A stretch of DNA of 64,000 bases from an uncultured Parachlamydiaceae bacterium. GTDB taxonomy: Bacteria > Chlamydiota > Chlamydiia > Chlamydiales > Parachlamydiaceae. Under the pieces are notes generated by a model, which did no database searches, was not told the origin of the DNA, and saw nothing but the letters and a program-made list of their open reading frames with translations. The translations under genes were made by a program, and so were the position numbers. The stretch lies in the NCBI GenBank assembly GCA_963742415.1, contig CAVULX010000002.1:220098-284097 (forward strand), written 5' to 3'. This document shows, in pieces, positions 40,274-48,835 of this stretch (position 1 is the stretch's first letter; every line of letters begins with the position of its first letter).

Positions 40274-41983
40274 CTATTGTCTTAGTTTTCGAGTAACGGT
40301 CGATTTGGATACACCAAATTCCTCTCCGATTTCTTCATGCGTTTTTCCCTGGCTCTTTAGTCTTTTTATTTCTGCAATAAGCATTTCATTATTCTTATTG
40401 CTTTCAAAAATTGACCATTCCCAAGTTTGTTTTCCATCGGGCAAATCAACAAGTTTAACATGTATGCTTTCAACATCATTTCCAAGCCAGGAACGATGTT
40501 TCTCAAAAGAAAGTACAAAACAAGCGCCATCCTCAGCTTTATAGTTTGGAGGCCTATCCAACTTGATTACATAGTCTAGAGCATCCTCTCTACGGCTGCT
40601 TCCTCGAGGTCCATTATTTTTATTTGCATGATGAATAAAAACCACTGCTTTGCCTTGACGTCGTTGTTTAAGAGCCCAAGCTAAGACAGGCAACCAGCTT
40701 TCCCCTTCATTTTCAACTCCACTTGTTACCCAACAAGATAAATTATCTACGATAATCACGTCCACATCCTCAATAAGAGAATCTAGCATCTTCTGTTCTT
40801 TCAAAGAACCAAGGTCTGGAAGTGTCTGCTCCTGTAAAAATGAGTTCACCAATTTAAAATGATTTTCTAAGGGTTTGATTTCCTGACTGTAATAAATTTT
40901 CTTCATCCGCTCTTTCATAGTAAAGATAGACATTTCTCCATCTAAATAAAGAACCTTGCATGGTTTAGGAGCTCGGAATTTCAAAAAACTTGTGCCAGAT
41001 GATAAGGCGTATGCAATACTCAACGCAAAATATGTTTTTCCAATACCTCTAGGAGCATAAATCATGCCCAATGATGATTTTGTAATGAAAGGCTCTAAAA
41101 AACATTCTGGAAGCTCTATTTCCATCTTCAAAAGATTTTCTATAGAAACTGCTTTGATAATATTGTTTAAAATTTTTCCTTCAGCTACTTTGAAAGGCTC
41201 TATAATTACCACAGCTTCTTCTATGACCTTTTTAAGATCTATAGAGGTGTGTCCTTCTTTTAACCAATCGGTAATATCTTTTCCATTCTTGGGAACAACT
41301 TCATATCCTGGAAGATTAACAAGTCTTAAGCTTTTTACGCAGTCTTTCAATTGATTAATAATATTTTCACGATGATCTACTCCTGTATTATCATAATCAA
41401 AGAAAAGAATCACATCGGCATCTCTAAGCACTTCTGAATGCATTTTCTGCCATTTAGTTTTTCCACCGCCAGTATCGTTTGTGGTAGCCACATACCCAAG
41501 TTTTCGTAGAGTTTCCACATCTTTTTCTCCCTCCACAATCGCAACTTGGCCTCCTTCTTGTATAGCAACAATTACTTCAGGCAGGTTGTAGATTACCCTC
41601 GGCGAATCTTTTACACCCTTAAGCCATTTTCCATTCTCAAATTTTTCAAAGAAAAATTCTTTTGAAGATGTTCTTACCTTTCGATAGAGGACTTTACCAT
41701 CTCTATCATGATAATAATAATGCTGGTTTGGGAACGAAGTGTGCAAATAGTTATTGAAAAGCTGGCTGGGCTTTATGCCCAGCTCTTGACATATTGTTTC
41801 AAAAGTACAGCCAGCATGACAATTGAATAAAATCTTTCCATTATCTCCCTCTGCAACAGATAAACTTGGCTTCTTGTCTTTATGTTGACTACATGGACAT
41901 CTAGCAGAATATCCCCTGCCACTTGCTTTAGGCTTATGTCCAGTTTTTGCTTCAAGGATGGAAAGAATTTCTTCTAATATCAT
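40274..41983 (-). CDS. Primase-helicase replicase (Zn finger + TOPRIM + RepA/AAA_25 helicase + HTH)
   Basis: CPCSQHKD..PSL..CHAGC; IVEGEKD..DYD; APRGIGKT; IIVDNL; FIHH..RGSS. Confidence 0.88.
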   Translation of the reverse strand: MILEEILSILEAKTGHKPKASGRGYSARCPCSQHKDKKPSLSVAEGDNGKILFNCHAGCTFETICQELGIKPSQLFNNYLHTSFPNQHYYYHDRDGKVLYRKVRTSSKEFFFEKFENGKWLKGVKDSPRVIYNLPEVIVAIQEGGQVAIVEGEKDVETLRKLGYVATTNDTGGGKTKWQKMHSEVLRDADVILFFDYDNTGVDHRENIINQLKDCVKSLRLVNLPGYEVVPKNGKDITDWLKEGHTSIDLKKVIEEAVVIIEPFKVAEGKILNNIIKAVSIENLLKMEIELPECFLEPFITKSSLGMIYAPRGIGKTYFALSIAYALSSGTSFLKFRAPKPCKVLYLDGEMSIFTMKERMKKIYYSQEIKPLENHFKLVNSFLQEQTLPDLGSLKEQKMLDSLIEDVDVIIVDNLSCWVTSGVENEGESWLPVLAWALKQRRQGKAVVFIHHANKNNGPRGSSRREDALDYVIKLDRPPNYKAEDGACFVLSFEKHRSWLGNDVESIHVKLVDLPDGKQTWEWSIFESNKNNEMLIAEIKRLKSQGKTHEEIGEEFGVSKSTVTRKLRQ

Positions 41984-42189
41984 TTTTTACAAGCCTCTTG
42001 TGATTTGGCCCATTCCATGAAAGCCCTCTCATCAATGAGAACTCGTCCATTTGCTTTGACAACAACTCCTTCAAAATTTTTTCTTTTTGCGTTTGCTACC
42101 AGATGCCTTAAACCTCCTATCGTCGGCCAAATATGAAAATCATTCCATTTGGTTAGGGGAATAAGTTCGGATTTCAGTTTATCGTTCAT
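41980..42189 (-). CDS. Small excisionase/AlpA-like DNA-binding protein
   Basis: 69 aa; GRVLIDERAFMEW; AAGGAG RBS; overlaps the primase start. Confidence 0.6.
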   Translation of the reverse strand: MNDKLKSELIPLTKWNDFHIWPTIGGLRHLVANAKRKNFEGVVVKANGRVLIDERAFMEWAKSQEACKK

Positions 42190-42347
42190 AACAGCTCCTT
42201 ATGTTGCGTTAATGTTAATTCACGCACATAATTAGAGCTGGACCGCATATTATTTAGTTACACTCCAGTCAAAAAAAAATGTAGCTTCCAACAATAAGAC
42301 CATTTCTACCTTCTTCAAGCATATGTGGAGTTCTTTTAACCCGAAGA

Positions 42348-42971
42348 TCATTGCAACAGGGGCGCAAGTTTTTGTTTTATTACAAGTTTTTCTTCGTCAG
42401 TCGTCTTCTTGTTATATAGGGAAATATCTGGCTTTAACCATTTTCTTAGAGTGCGTTCACCTGGTAGATCGTCAGCAATACCTGATTCCTGGGCTATTTC
42501 TATAACAATCTCCAGACAAGCACGAGGGCAGATAAATAATATGGCTTTTGCTAAAGTACGAAATTGATCGATCCTGATTTTCTCTTCTTCTTTTCTATAG
42601 GATTCTTTAGATCTTTTTTTACTGACTTTGGCAATTAATTCTACCAAATCAGGATCCAATTGAATGAGAGGATAATTATTGGCCCATTCCATCCACTCCT
42701 GACAAGATAATCTATCAGGTCCTCCATCCATCACGAGTTTTAGAGAACGAGTTATTATTGCATTTGCTACCAGTTGAGAAACGTAACTACCAAATCGAGT
42801 AGATGTGATCTGATCAAACGATCTGTAATCATCAGCAACACTGGGAGCATACTTCAAAAATACGCAAGTTGCTTCTGAAGAAGTCCACCATCCTTTTTCA
42901 ATCCAAATCCGATATAGTTGTATACGTGTCTTGAAAGGGATGCTAAAATTGATTTCGCAGTTATCTTTCAT
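42348..42971 (-). CDS. Hypothetical protein, possible C-terminal HTH
   Basis: Start reassigned to MKDNCEI, overlapping the integrase stop; PGERTLRKW. Confidence 0.55.
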   Translation of the reverse strand: MKDNCEINFSIPFKTRIQLYRIWIEKGWWTSSEATCVFLKYAPSVADDYRSFDQITSTRFGSYVSQLVANAIITRSLKLVMDGGPDRLSCQEWMEWANNYPLIQLDPDLVELIAKVSKKRSKESYRKEEEKIRIDQFRTLAKAILFICPRACLEIVIEIAQESGIADDLPGERTLRKWLKPDISLYNKKTTDEEKLVIKQKLAPLLQ

Positions 42972-44080
42972 AATTTTCTCCGAAAAGTTCTTGATCAAGT
43001 TTTTCGACCATTTTTGATTTGTATTCTGTTGAAATATGAGCATATCGCGCTGTGCTCCTAGCATCTTTATGACCAAGAAGAGCTCCAATATCATGCAAAC
43101 CTATTCCATTCATGCGATGGTAGGATGCCGTTGTATGCCTCAAATCATGCCGACGAAAATTTTTTATATTAGCTCTTTTTAAAGCAGCACGCCAAGCAGA
43201 ACGAGTATCATAAGGTTTTTGAGGATCATCAGGAGATGGAAAAAGCAAGGCAGTTAGGATTGCTATTTTCGGACAGATGCTCTATCAATAAATTGTAGGC
43301 ATAGCCTTTTAATGGAATAAACCGGGGTTCTCCATTTTTAGAACTTACGAAGAATGATTAGTTGCTGGTCGCGCTTGATATCACCAATTTTCAATCCCAT
43401 GATTTCACCGTCTCTCATACCTGTAGATAAGGCGAGCACTGTGATCGTCAGCAATATAGGGCATTTACTGTTCTTTGTTTCTTTAAGAAGTCGACTTAGC
43501 TCAGCTTGAGATAAGTAACGTTGTCGAGCATTTGAAACTGAGGGTTTGGAAATTTTTTTAATCGGGATTTTCAGAGATCCATTCCCATTCTTTCCAAGCA
43601 ATCGAAAAAAGATGAGATAATGAAGCCAGATATCTTACAACAGTTGCAGGAGCTAACTTACTTGCCTTCTTTTGCTTTCTCTTTTTCTAAAGCTAATAAG
43701 GCTTCTTTAATGTCAGAAGATCGAATAGAGGAGAATTTGATTTTCCCAAGTTGTTTTTCAAACCAATCAAGATGATATTCTCGATTTCTGGCATCATGCG
43801 CCTTTTTTGGGTAGCTCTTCTTCTTTGTATCTTTTGATTGCATCTGAAAAAGTTTTCTTATTATTCTTGATTATATTGGGATGCAATTCATCCAAAAAAG
43901 CATTTCGATCTTGTTCCAGCTAACCATTGTTTAGCTGACTTAAGATCTGAGGTTGTTTTGAAAACTTCTTTATGTCCCTTTTTTCTGAATCTGAGCTCGG
44001 AACTTCACAACATTTTTACTTGTAATTCGAATATCAATGCCTGGAGGCAGACTCTTTTTGAGAGCTTCAAGATCTTTCAT
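42961..44080 (-). pseudogene. int: Tyrosine integrase, several frameshifts (or sequencing errors)
   Basis: Fragments carry ALSTGMRDGEI, RHDLRHT, LLGH and TARYAH; N-terminal arm-binding-like region (KFRAQI). Confidence 0.85.
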
Positions 44081-44170
44081 TGTAACGACCCTATTTTTAA
44101 TGGTAAAAATTGGGTCAGCTACTGAACTGTTAACGAGACTTGCTGTAGGTTGCTGCTGCTTGCTGTCCTC

Positions 44171-44217
44171 ATTTGGTCCACCCTTGGTCCACGGCAGTGG
44201 CTTAGCCGATTGGTCCA
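44171..44217 (+). promoter_or_regulatory. Putative integrase arm-type sites (three TTGGTCCA)
   Basis: TTGGTCCA at 44173, 44184 and 44210. Confidence 0.65.
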
Positions 44218-44275
44218 AAAATGGAGGGCCAAATGAATCGCTTTCTGGCATACCTCTCAACAATTAAAAATGAAT

Positions 44276-44320
44276 TGCCCAAAGCCGGAGTCGAACCGAC
44301 GACCTTCGCATTACGAATGC
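44276..44320 (-). repeat. att core, right: 3' half of tRNA-Thr(CGT), not a complete tRNA
   Basis: Reverse complement GCATTCGTAATGCGAAGGTCGTCGGTTCGACTCCGGCTTTGGGCA; no D-arm or 5' acceptor strand upstream. Confidence 0.88.
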
Positions 44321-44576
44321 CATTCATCCTCTAAACTGACAGCAAAGGGCAATATTTAACAATATGATCCTTTGCAAGTTGCAGTCCTAACAATGCTGCT
44401 GCTTTTTGTCCATTACAGAATATTTTTGAGCGTTGCTGTGACAAAAGTGTGAAAATTCACAATGACAAGTAATTATCTAAATGTCTGTCTTGCATTGAAT
44501 TTCAGTCCAAATGACTCGCTATAGAGGAGCAAATTGAATGTTTAATTGAGGGTCTCACTTAGAAGCTACGGATAAA

Positions 44577-45299
44577 TTAAGTGAATTCGCATAGTGAAAT
44601 TAATTTGTCCCAAAATCTATTAAAGCTGGGAACTTTATTTGCCCTATATACGCTCTCAATCTGAGAATCTGTGATACCAGACACAAAAGACATAACTTCA
44701 TGAAATGATTTTGGATCTTTTTTACCAGAACTATGCGCTATTTGTTTTAAAAGGTTACTTGGAGCTTTAATTTCTTCTAGATTTATATTAGAAAATTGTT
44801 TTAAGATATTATCTTCTGGAGTCTTAGACCATTTTGAAATAGCCTTTGTAAAGGCAAGCATCCAAGCCTCGATTGTCATAACAGCAAAGAAAAGCTCAAT
44901 TCTTTCTGATTTATTACATCCACTTATCTGCAAAGCTTCTTTAAATTTTTGAATAACCCGATTAATACGTTTTATATTAGTGGGTAATTCATTGAAGTCT
45001 TGGGCTGAAAGATCTCTCAGCCCTATGATTTCGAAACCATTTTTCTGTTGGATATTTGCTCTACTTGCAATAGCTGATGTTAGAGAGCCAACCCCGTCTA
45101 CATCAATTATAAGAAATAATATTGCAGTTTCATCATCTGTAATAAAATCTTGAATTTTGCATACTTGGTCTTGATTTGATTGAAGCTTAATGTTAAGAAT
45201 ATTTACTCCGTTATAATTCCAATGAGCTAAAATTAAACGGTTGATAAAAACCTGGTCTGTCTGCCCCTCAACATAAATTGCAATTTTTTTTCTATGCAT
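44577..45299 (-). CDS. TOPRIM-like (DUF4276-type) protein, partner of ABC ATPase
   Basis: IAIYVEGQTD, GLRD, TIEAWML. Confidence 0.65.
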   Translation of the reverse strand: MHRKKIAIYVEGQTDQVFINRLILAHWNYNGVNILNIKLQSNQDQVCKIQDFITDDETAILFLIIDVDGVGSLTSAIASRANIQQKNGFEIIGLRDLSAQDFNELPTNIKRINRVIQKFKEALQISGCNKSERIELFFAVMTIEAWMLAFTKAISKWSKTPEDNILKQFSNINLEEIKAPSNLLKQIAHSSGKKDPKSFHEVMSFVSGITDSQIESVYRANKVPSFNRFWDKLISLCEFT

Positions 45300-45315
45300 G
45301 TTTTTGATGATTTAA

Positions 45316-46401
45316 CTATTGGCTTAAAAGAAAGTTCGAAGAAAAGAGATCAAAATTATTCAAACCGAGTTGTTGCCATTCTTCAAACTTTTCTGAAGAA
45401 TTAGAGTAATTTAAACATTTAACTTTGTGAGTAGTTCTATAAAGAATCGTTAAGTCCGTTAAAGGGACTGCATTCATCAAAAAAGAATCATTAGAAGTAG
45501 CAATAAATTGTATTTTTGATCCTATTTTGCTTCCAAATATAATTTCGGCTAGTTTTTTAGTCCGCTCAAAATCAAGTCCTTCACCAAGATCATCAATTAA
45601 AATAGATCCGATACTGCCATTGGATTTGAGAAATTCAATAATAATGAGTAAAGAAAAAGCTCGAAACATTCCTTGAGAGATTTCAAACTGGTTTAGAGGA
45701 TAAGCTATCCCTTGTTCCTTAAGAAGAACCATTTTTAAATTGGGTGGTAAACCTTCAATAAGACTGGTGGAAGCGCTCTCTAAAATATACCCAACAGTTT
45801 CTAGTTGTTTCAGAACTTTTTTGAGTTGAGAAATTGATATGTTATCAAGAGCTGATGGTACAGCATTCAAGCTGGTGAGATTAAAGGGATTTCCTGGGAT
45901 TTCAATCAAATTAGGAGAAGTGTTTGCAAATCCAAAACCCCTTACTCCATTAGCCCAAGAAACGATATCCTCAAGAAATGGAAATTCATTTTTGTCTCTT
46001 CTAACGTGAAGTATCAGTCGATCATTTGGAGGTGAGATGTCTTGCCAATCTAAAATAGTTTCAGAGTATATCTTGGATGCAGATTCTGTACGGATAAGCT
46101 TCTCTATTCCATCTATTGAAAGTGTTTCTTTTATGACTTTGCCATCTCTCAATTCTATAATAAGTTTTAATTCTTGATTTAGATCATTGATGAAGCAGGT
46201 AGACCATTCTCCATTGAAAACCAGTTGAGGGTATTGGATTAAACGGGCTAGGTTGTGAATAACGTTTATGATGCGGGTTTTCCCGGTAGCGTTTTTACCA
46301 ACAATAAGATTATATTCACTCAGTGGTAGGGATTCAAGTTCCCAAGGATTTATCCCATTTTTATATGGTTTTTGTGTATAAGCTAGTGTTTTCAATCTCA
46401 T
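45316..46401 (-). CDS. Soluble ABC/AAA_21-type ATPase
   Basis: Walker A GKNATGKT, signature ISQGM, Walker B ILIDDLGEGLD. Confidence 0.85.
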   Translation of the reverse strand: MRLKTLAYTQKPYKNGINPWELESLPLSEYNLIVGKNATGKTRIINVIHNLARLIQYPQLVFNGEWSTCFINDLNQELKLIIELRDGKVIKETLSIDGIEKLIRTESASKIYSETILDWQDISPPNDRLILHVRRDKNEFPFLEDIVSWANGVRGFGFANTSPNLIEIPGNPFNLTSLNAVPSALDNISISQLKKVLKQLETVGYILESASTSLIEGLPPNLKMVLLKEQGIAYPLNQFEISQGMFRAFSLLIIIEFLKSNGSIGSILIDDLGEGLDFERTKKLAEIIFGSKIGSKIQFIATSNDSFLMNAVPLTDLTILYRTTHKVKCLNYSNSSEKFEEWQQLGLNNFDLFSSNFLLSQ

Positions 46402-46503
46402 AATTTTTCCATTAGCTAATTTCTGAGGTTATACTAACAGAATATTAGCACAAAGATCAATTCAACATTCCCTTACTCTGGAAAAAATCGTCCAGGATGG
46501 CAT

Positions 46504-46689
46504 TCAAGATGCTTTTGCAATGGAGACAATATTTTCTAGAGAAATATTTCGTTCTCCTCTTTCCGCAGATTCAACATATGTGGGATGTAAATCAGCTCTT
46601 TCCGCCAGCTCTTCTTGAGTGATTCCCATTTCAAATCTCCGTATACGCACTTTTAGGCCAAATGCTTTTCGTATAGGTGTTTTCTTTAT
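46504..46689 (-). pseudogene. XRE-family HTH regulator remnant (not in ORF track)
   Basis: Manual translation IKKTPIRKAFGLKVRIRRFEMGITQEELAERADLHPTYVESAERGERNISLENIVSIAKAS*; ATA where an ATG is expected, early stop. Confidence 0.7.
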
Positions 46690-46849
46690 GTTGTGTGCTT
46701 CTTTGCCAATGTGTACCTTTAAATACCCTTAGGCTAAGAGTTCTCATGGTCTTAATATACAGGCTAGGGTCCTAAAAAAAGATTATGAATGCACAAAAAT
46801 AATATTAAATTATATAATTTCTGGTTATTAAGTTAAACAAAAAACAAGG

Positions 46850-47122
46850 ATGTTTATGAAAACATTAATTATAATTACAATATTATTTTTTATTACTATC
46901 AATAATGCAAATGCTTACACCGTAAAACAACCTAACACTGCTGGCGCTATGGGTTCTTCGATGGGGCAAGCATTTACACAATCATTCACGGAATCATTTC
47001 AGAGAGAATATCAACACCAACGCAATTTGCAATATCAACGTGATATGATGGAACTTATGCGAGAGCAAATATTGTGGGAAATGGAATTGCAAGAAACCAT
47101 GCAGGAGAGAAGATTAAGGTAA
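46850..47122 (+). CDS. Small exported hypothetical protein
   Basis: Signal peptide ending NANA; Q/M/E-rich helical tail. Confidence 0.55.
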   Translation: MFMKTLIIITILFFITINNANAYTVKQPNTAGAMGSSMGQAFTQSFTESFQREYQHQRNLQYQRDMMELMREQILWEMELQETMQERRLR

Positions 47123-47151
47123 CAATATCCCAATAGTTTCTGAAATTATAA

Positions 47152-47672
47152 TTAAAAATACCCCTGAGGTAGAGAACCTCCATATAATGGATGTCTAGGC
47201 TCGTTGAATGAGGCTATTGCTTCTTGAAAATCTCTTGCATCATCTTCTTTAGTTCGAGCTTTTTTAAGAGATATTGCCAGGTAGCGGAAGGCATCGGCTC
47301 CATTCGAAAAATGGTCTGCCTTGGATGGTCTCGCCATGTTCCTAAATTATCATTCCATTCTTTGCGGTAGTTTTCTAATGCCCTTATTCCCTTTTCGCAT
47401 TTTACTTCATCAAACCAGCAACGGTTTAGCAAATTTCGTACAGCATCAATTCCTTCTTGAATGGAAAGTCTAGGTAAAACTGTAAATTCAACCCCGAGTT
47501 TTTGATACCACCAGATAGCCATTGCGTCATTAAAGCCTAGATCCATTGCAACAAAAACAGGCAAGTTTTCATCATGCGGAACATTTCCTATACGTCTCCC
47601 CACACGAGCTTTTGTTATGTATTTTGTATAGTAATGACCTTCAATATTAGCTTGAAAAGCTTCTTCTCCCAC
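47152..47672 (-). pseudogene. terL: Phage terminase large subunit, C-terminal nuclease-domain remnant
   Basis: VAMDLGFNDAMAIWWYQ..EGIDAVR..CWFDEVKCEKGIRALENYRKEWN..P/DHFSNGADAFRYLA; frameshift and apparent internal deletion. Confidence 0.8.
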
Positions 47673-47754
47673 GAATCACAATCATACTAGCTGATTTTTT
47701 CTTTAAGAGAAGCTCTAATGATTCTAGTTCTTTTTTGCGTCCAATAAATTTCAT
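47660..47754 (-). pseudogene. N-terminal fragment of an ATPase_2/STAND-like ATPase
   Basis: MKFIGRKKELESLELLLKKKSASMIVIRGRR, broken within Walker A. Confidence 0.65.
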
Positions 47755-48097
47755 GTCATTCTTATGAGGTAAAATTAAGAGCTTATGTTACCTCACAAGA
47801 ACAACAAATGTCAATCTTATGAGATCGTTTTAAATGTTTTTCACTGGTAAATGCTATGCATTTGATGGTAAATATTTTAACAGAAATGATCCCTTGATAG
47901 CTGATGTGTTAGCGGGTATCTGAAAGGGACATTTGAAAAGAGAAAGACTCCGATCCTGATTGAAGTACATTCGGACATTTAATAATCAACGTTATAGACA
48001 AACCTTCAGAGAGCGACAATTTCAGCTGTTTGTGGAGATGATTGAATACACTTTCTTTCTAAACGGCTAGCTAGTTTGCTTAATCCGCTTGGATCGC

Positions 48098-48828
48098 GAT
48101 CTTTCGGGTTGCCCTGGCAAGATGCATCTTTAGAAAATTAACCAGCAAACGGAAGGAAAATTATAAACAAGAGAATGACCCTCTCATCGACCAGTTTATC
48201 AAGACAATCATGGATAACGGTGAATTCTATAAAAAAAACTTTAATCTCACATTAGATTACCTTTTCCCCCTCCGCATAGTTAAGGGCTACTTTACGATTC
48301 GACAAGTGCTCCAGTTATCGATCGCAGCGAAAAAAATAAAAAGCAAGAGGAAGATTGATAAAAAAACAATTAATTTATTTTTGAATTATAAAAGGAATAT
48401 TGATAAAAACTAAATTTATGTTCGACTAAATAGGAGGTTTTATGACAACACCTTTGACTTCTGATAACATTCCCAATTTTGATAGCCTTTCAAGTCAAAC
48501 AATGACGGCAATAACTATGGTTAGAAACCGGCACCCGGTAGGCATACGTGCAGAAGTATGCTATGCCGTCGTTCCTGCCATAGCCACTGTTGAAATAATA
48601 ATTTCAGGCACGTTGACTGTGGCTAGTCTTCCTCTCTATCGTGCATGCCCCGACCTCCTAGATCATTCTTACAGATGGTTAAAATCCAGCGCTTTTAGCT
48701 TCACATGGGCCTTTGCCGATCTCGCTGCAAATCCTTTCTCGGAACGTTTAGTCGCCGATGAAGAAAGTGCTCGACAAATGATTTTAAACCTTAATTTTAC
48801 CTATTTTCCACCGGGATCGAAATATTAA
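48098..48828 (+). repeat. Right copy of the ~0.73 kb diverged direct repeat; includes a 5'-truncated copy of the 22763-24211 gene
   Basis: Collinear with 23926-24662. Confidence 0.9.
48442..48828 (+). CDS. Hypothetical membrane protein, paralog of 24270-24662
   Basis: AGGAGG RBS; shared motifs with the paralog. Confidence 0.75.
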   Translation: MTTPLTSDNIPNFDSLSSQTMTAITMVRNRHPVGIRAEVCYAVVPAIATVEIIISGTLTVASLPLYRACPDLLDHSYRWLKSSAFSFTWAFADLAANPFSERLVADEESARQMILNLNFTYFPPGSKY

Positions 48829-48835
48829 ACTGTAT

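Larger units (their letters stand above)
25946..44320. mobile_element. 18.4 kb integrative element (PICI/satellite-like) bounded by tRNA-Thr(CGT)-derived att repeats
   Basis: 36-bp perfect direct repeats, arm-type repeats inside both ends, integrase next to the right att, primase-helicase, defence cargo. Confidence 0.85.

Noticed and set aside
44081-44263. Extended integrase N-terminus in the ORF track
   Set aside because: It crosses the arm-site repeats; ATG at 44080 gives a typical integrase length of about 370 codons.
44276-44350. Intact tRNA-Thr gene
   Set aside because: Only the anticodon arm to the 3' end is present; there is no D-arm or 5' acceptor strand.
46850-47122. Small exported peptide as the MNIO precursor
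   Set aside because: It has no cysteines, lies 33 kb away and sits inside a phage-derived remnant.
47760-47800. Inverted repeat TCTTATGAGGTAA / TTACCTCACAAGA as IS ends
   Set aside because: The arms are only 15 bp apart with no transposase; more likely the operator of the truncated ATPase gene.
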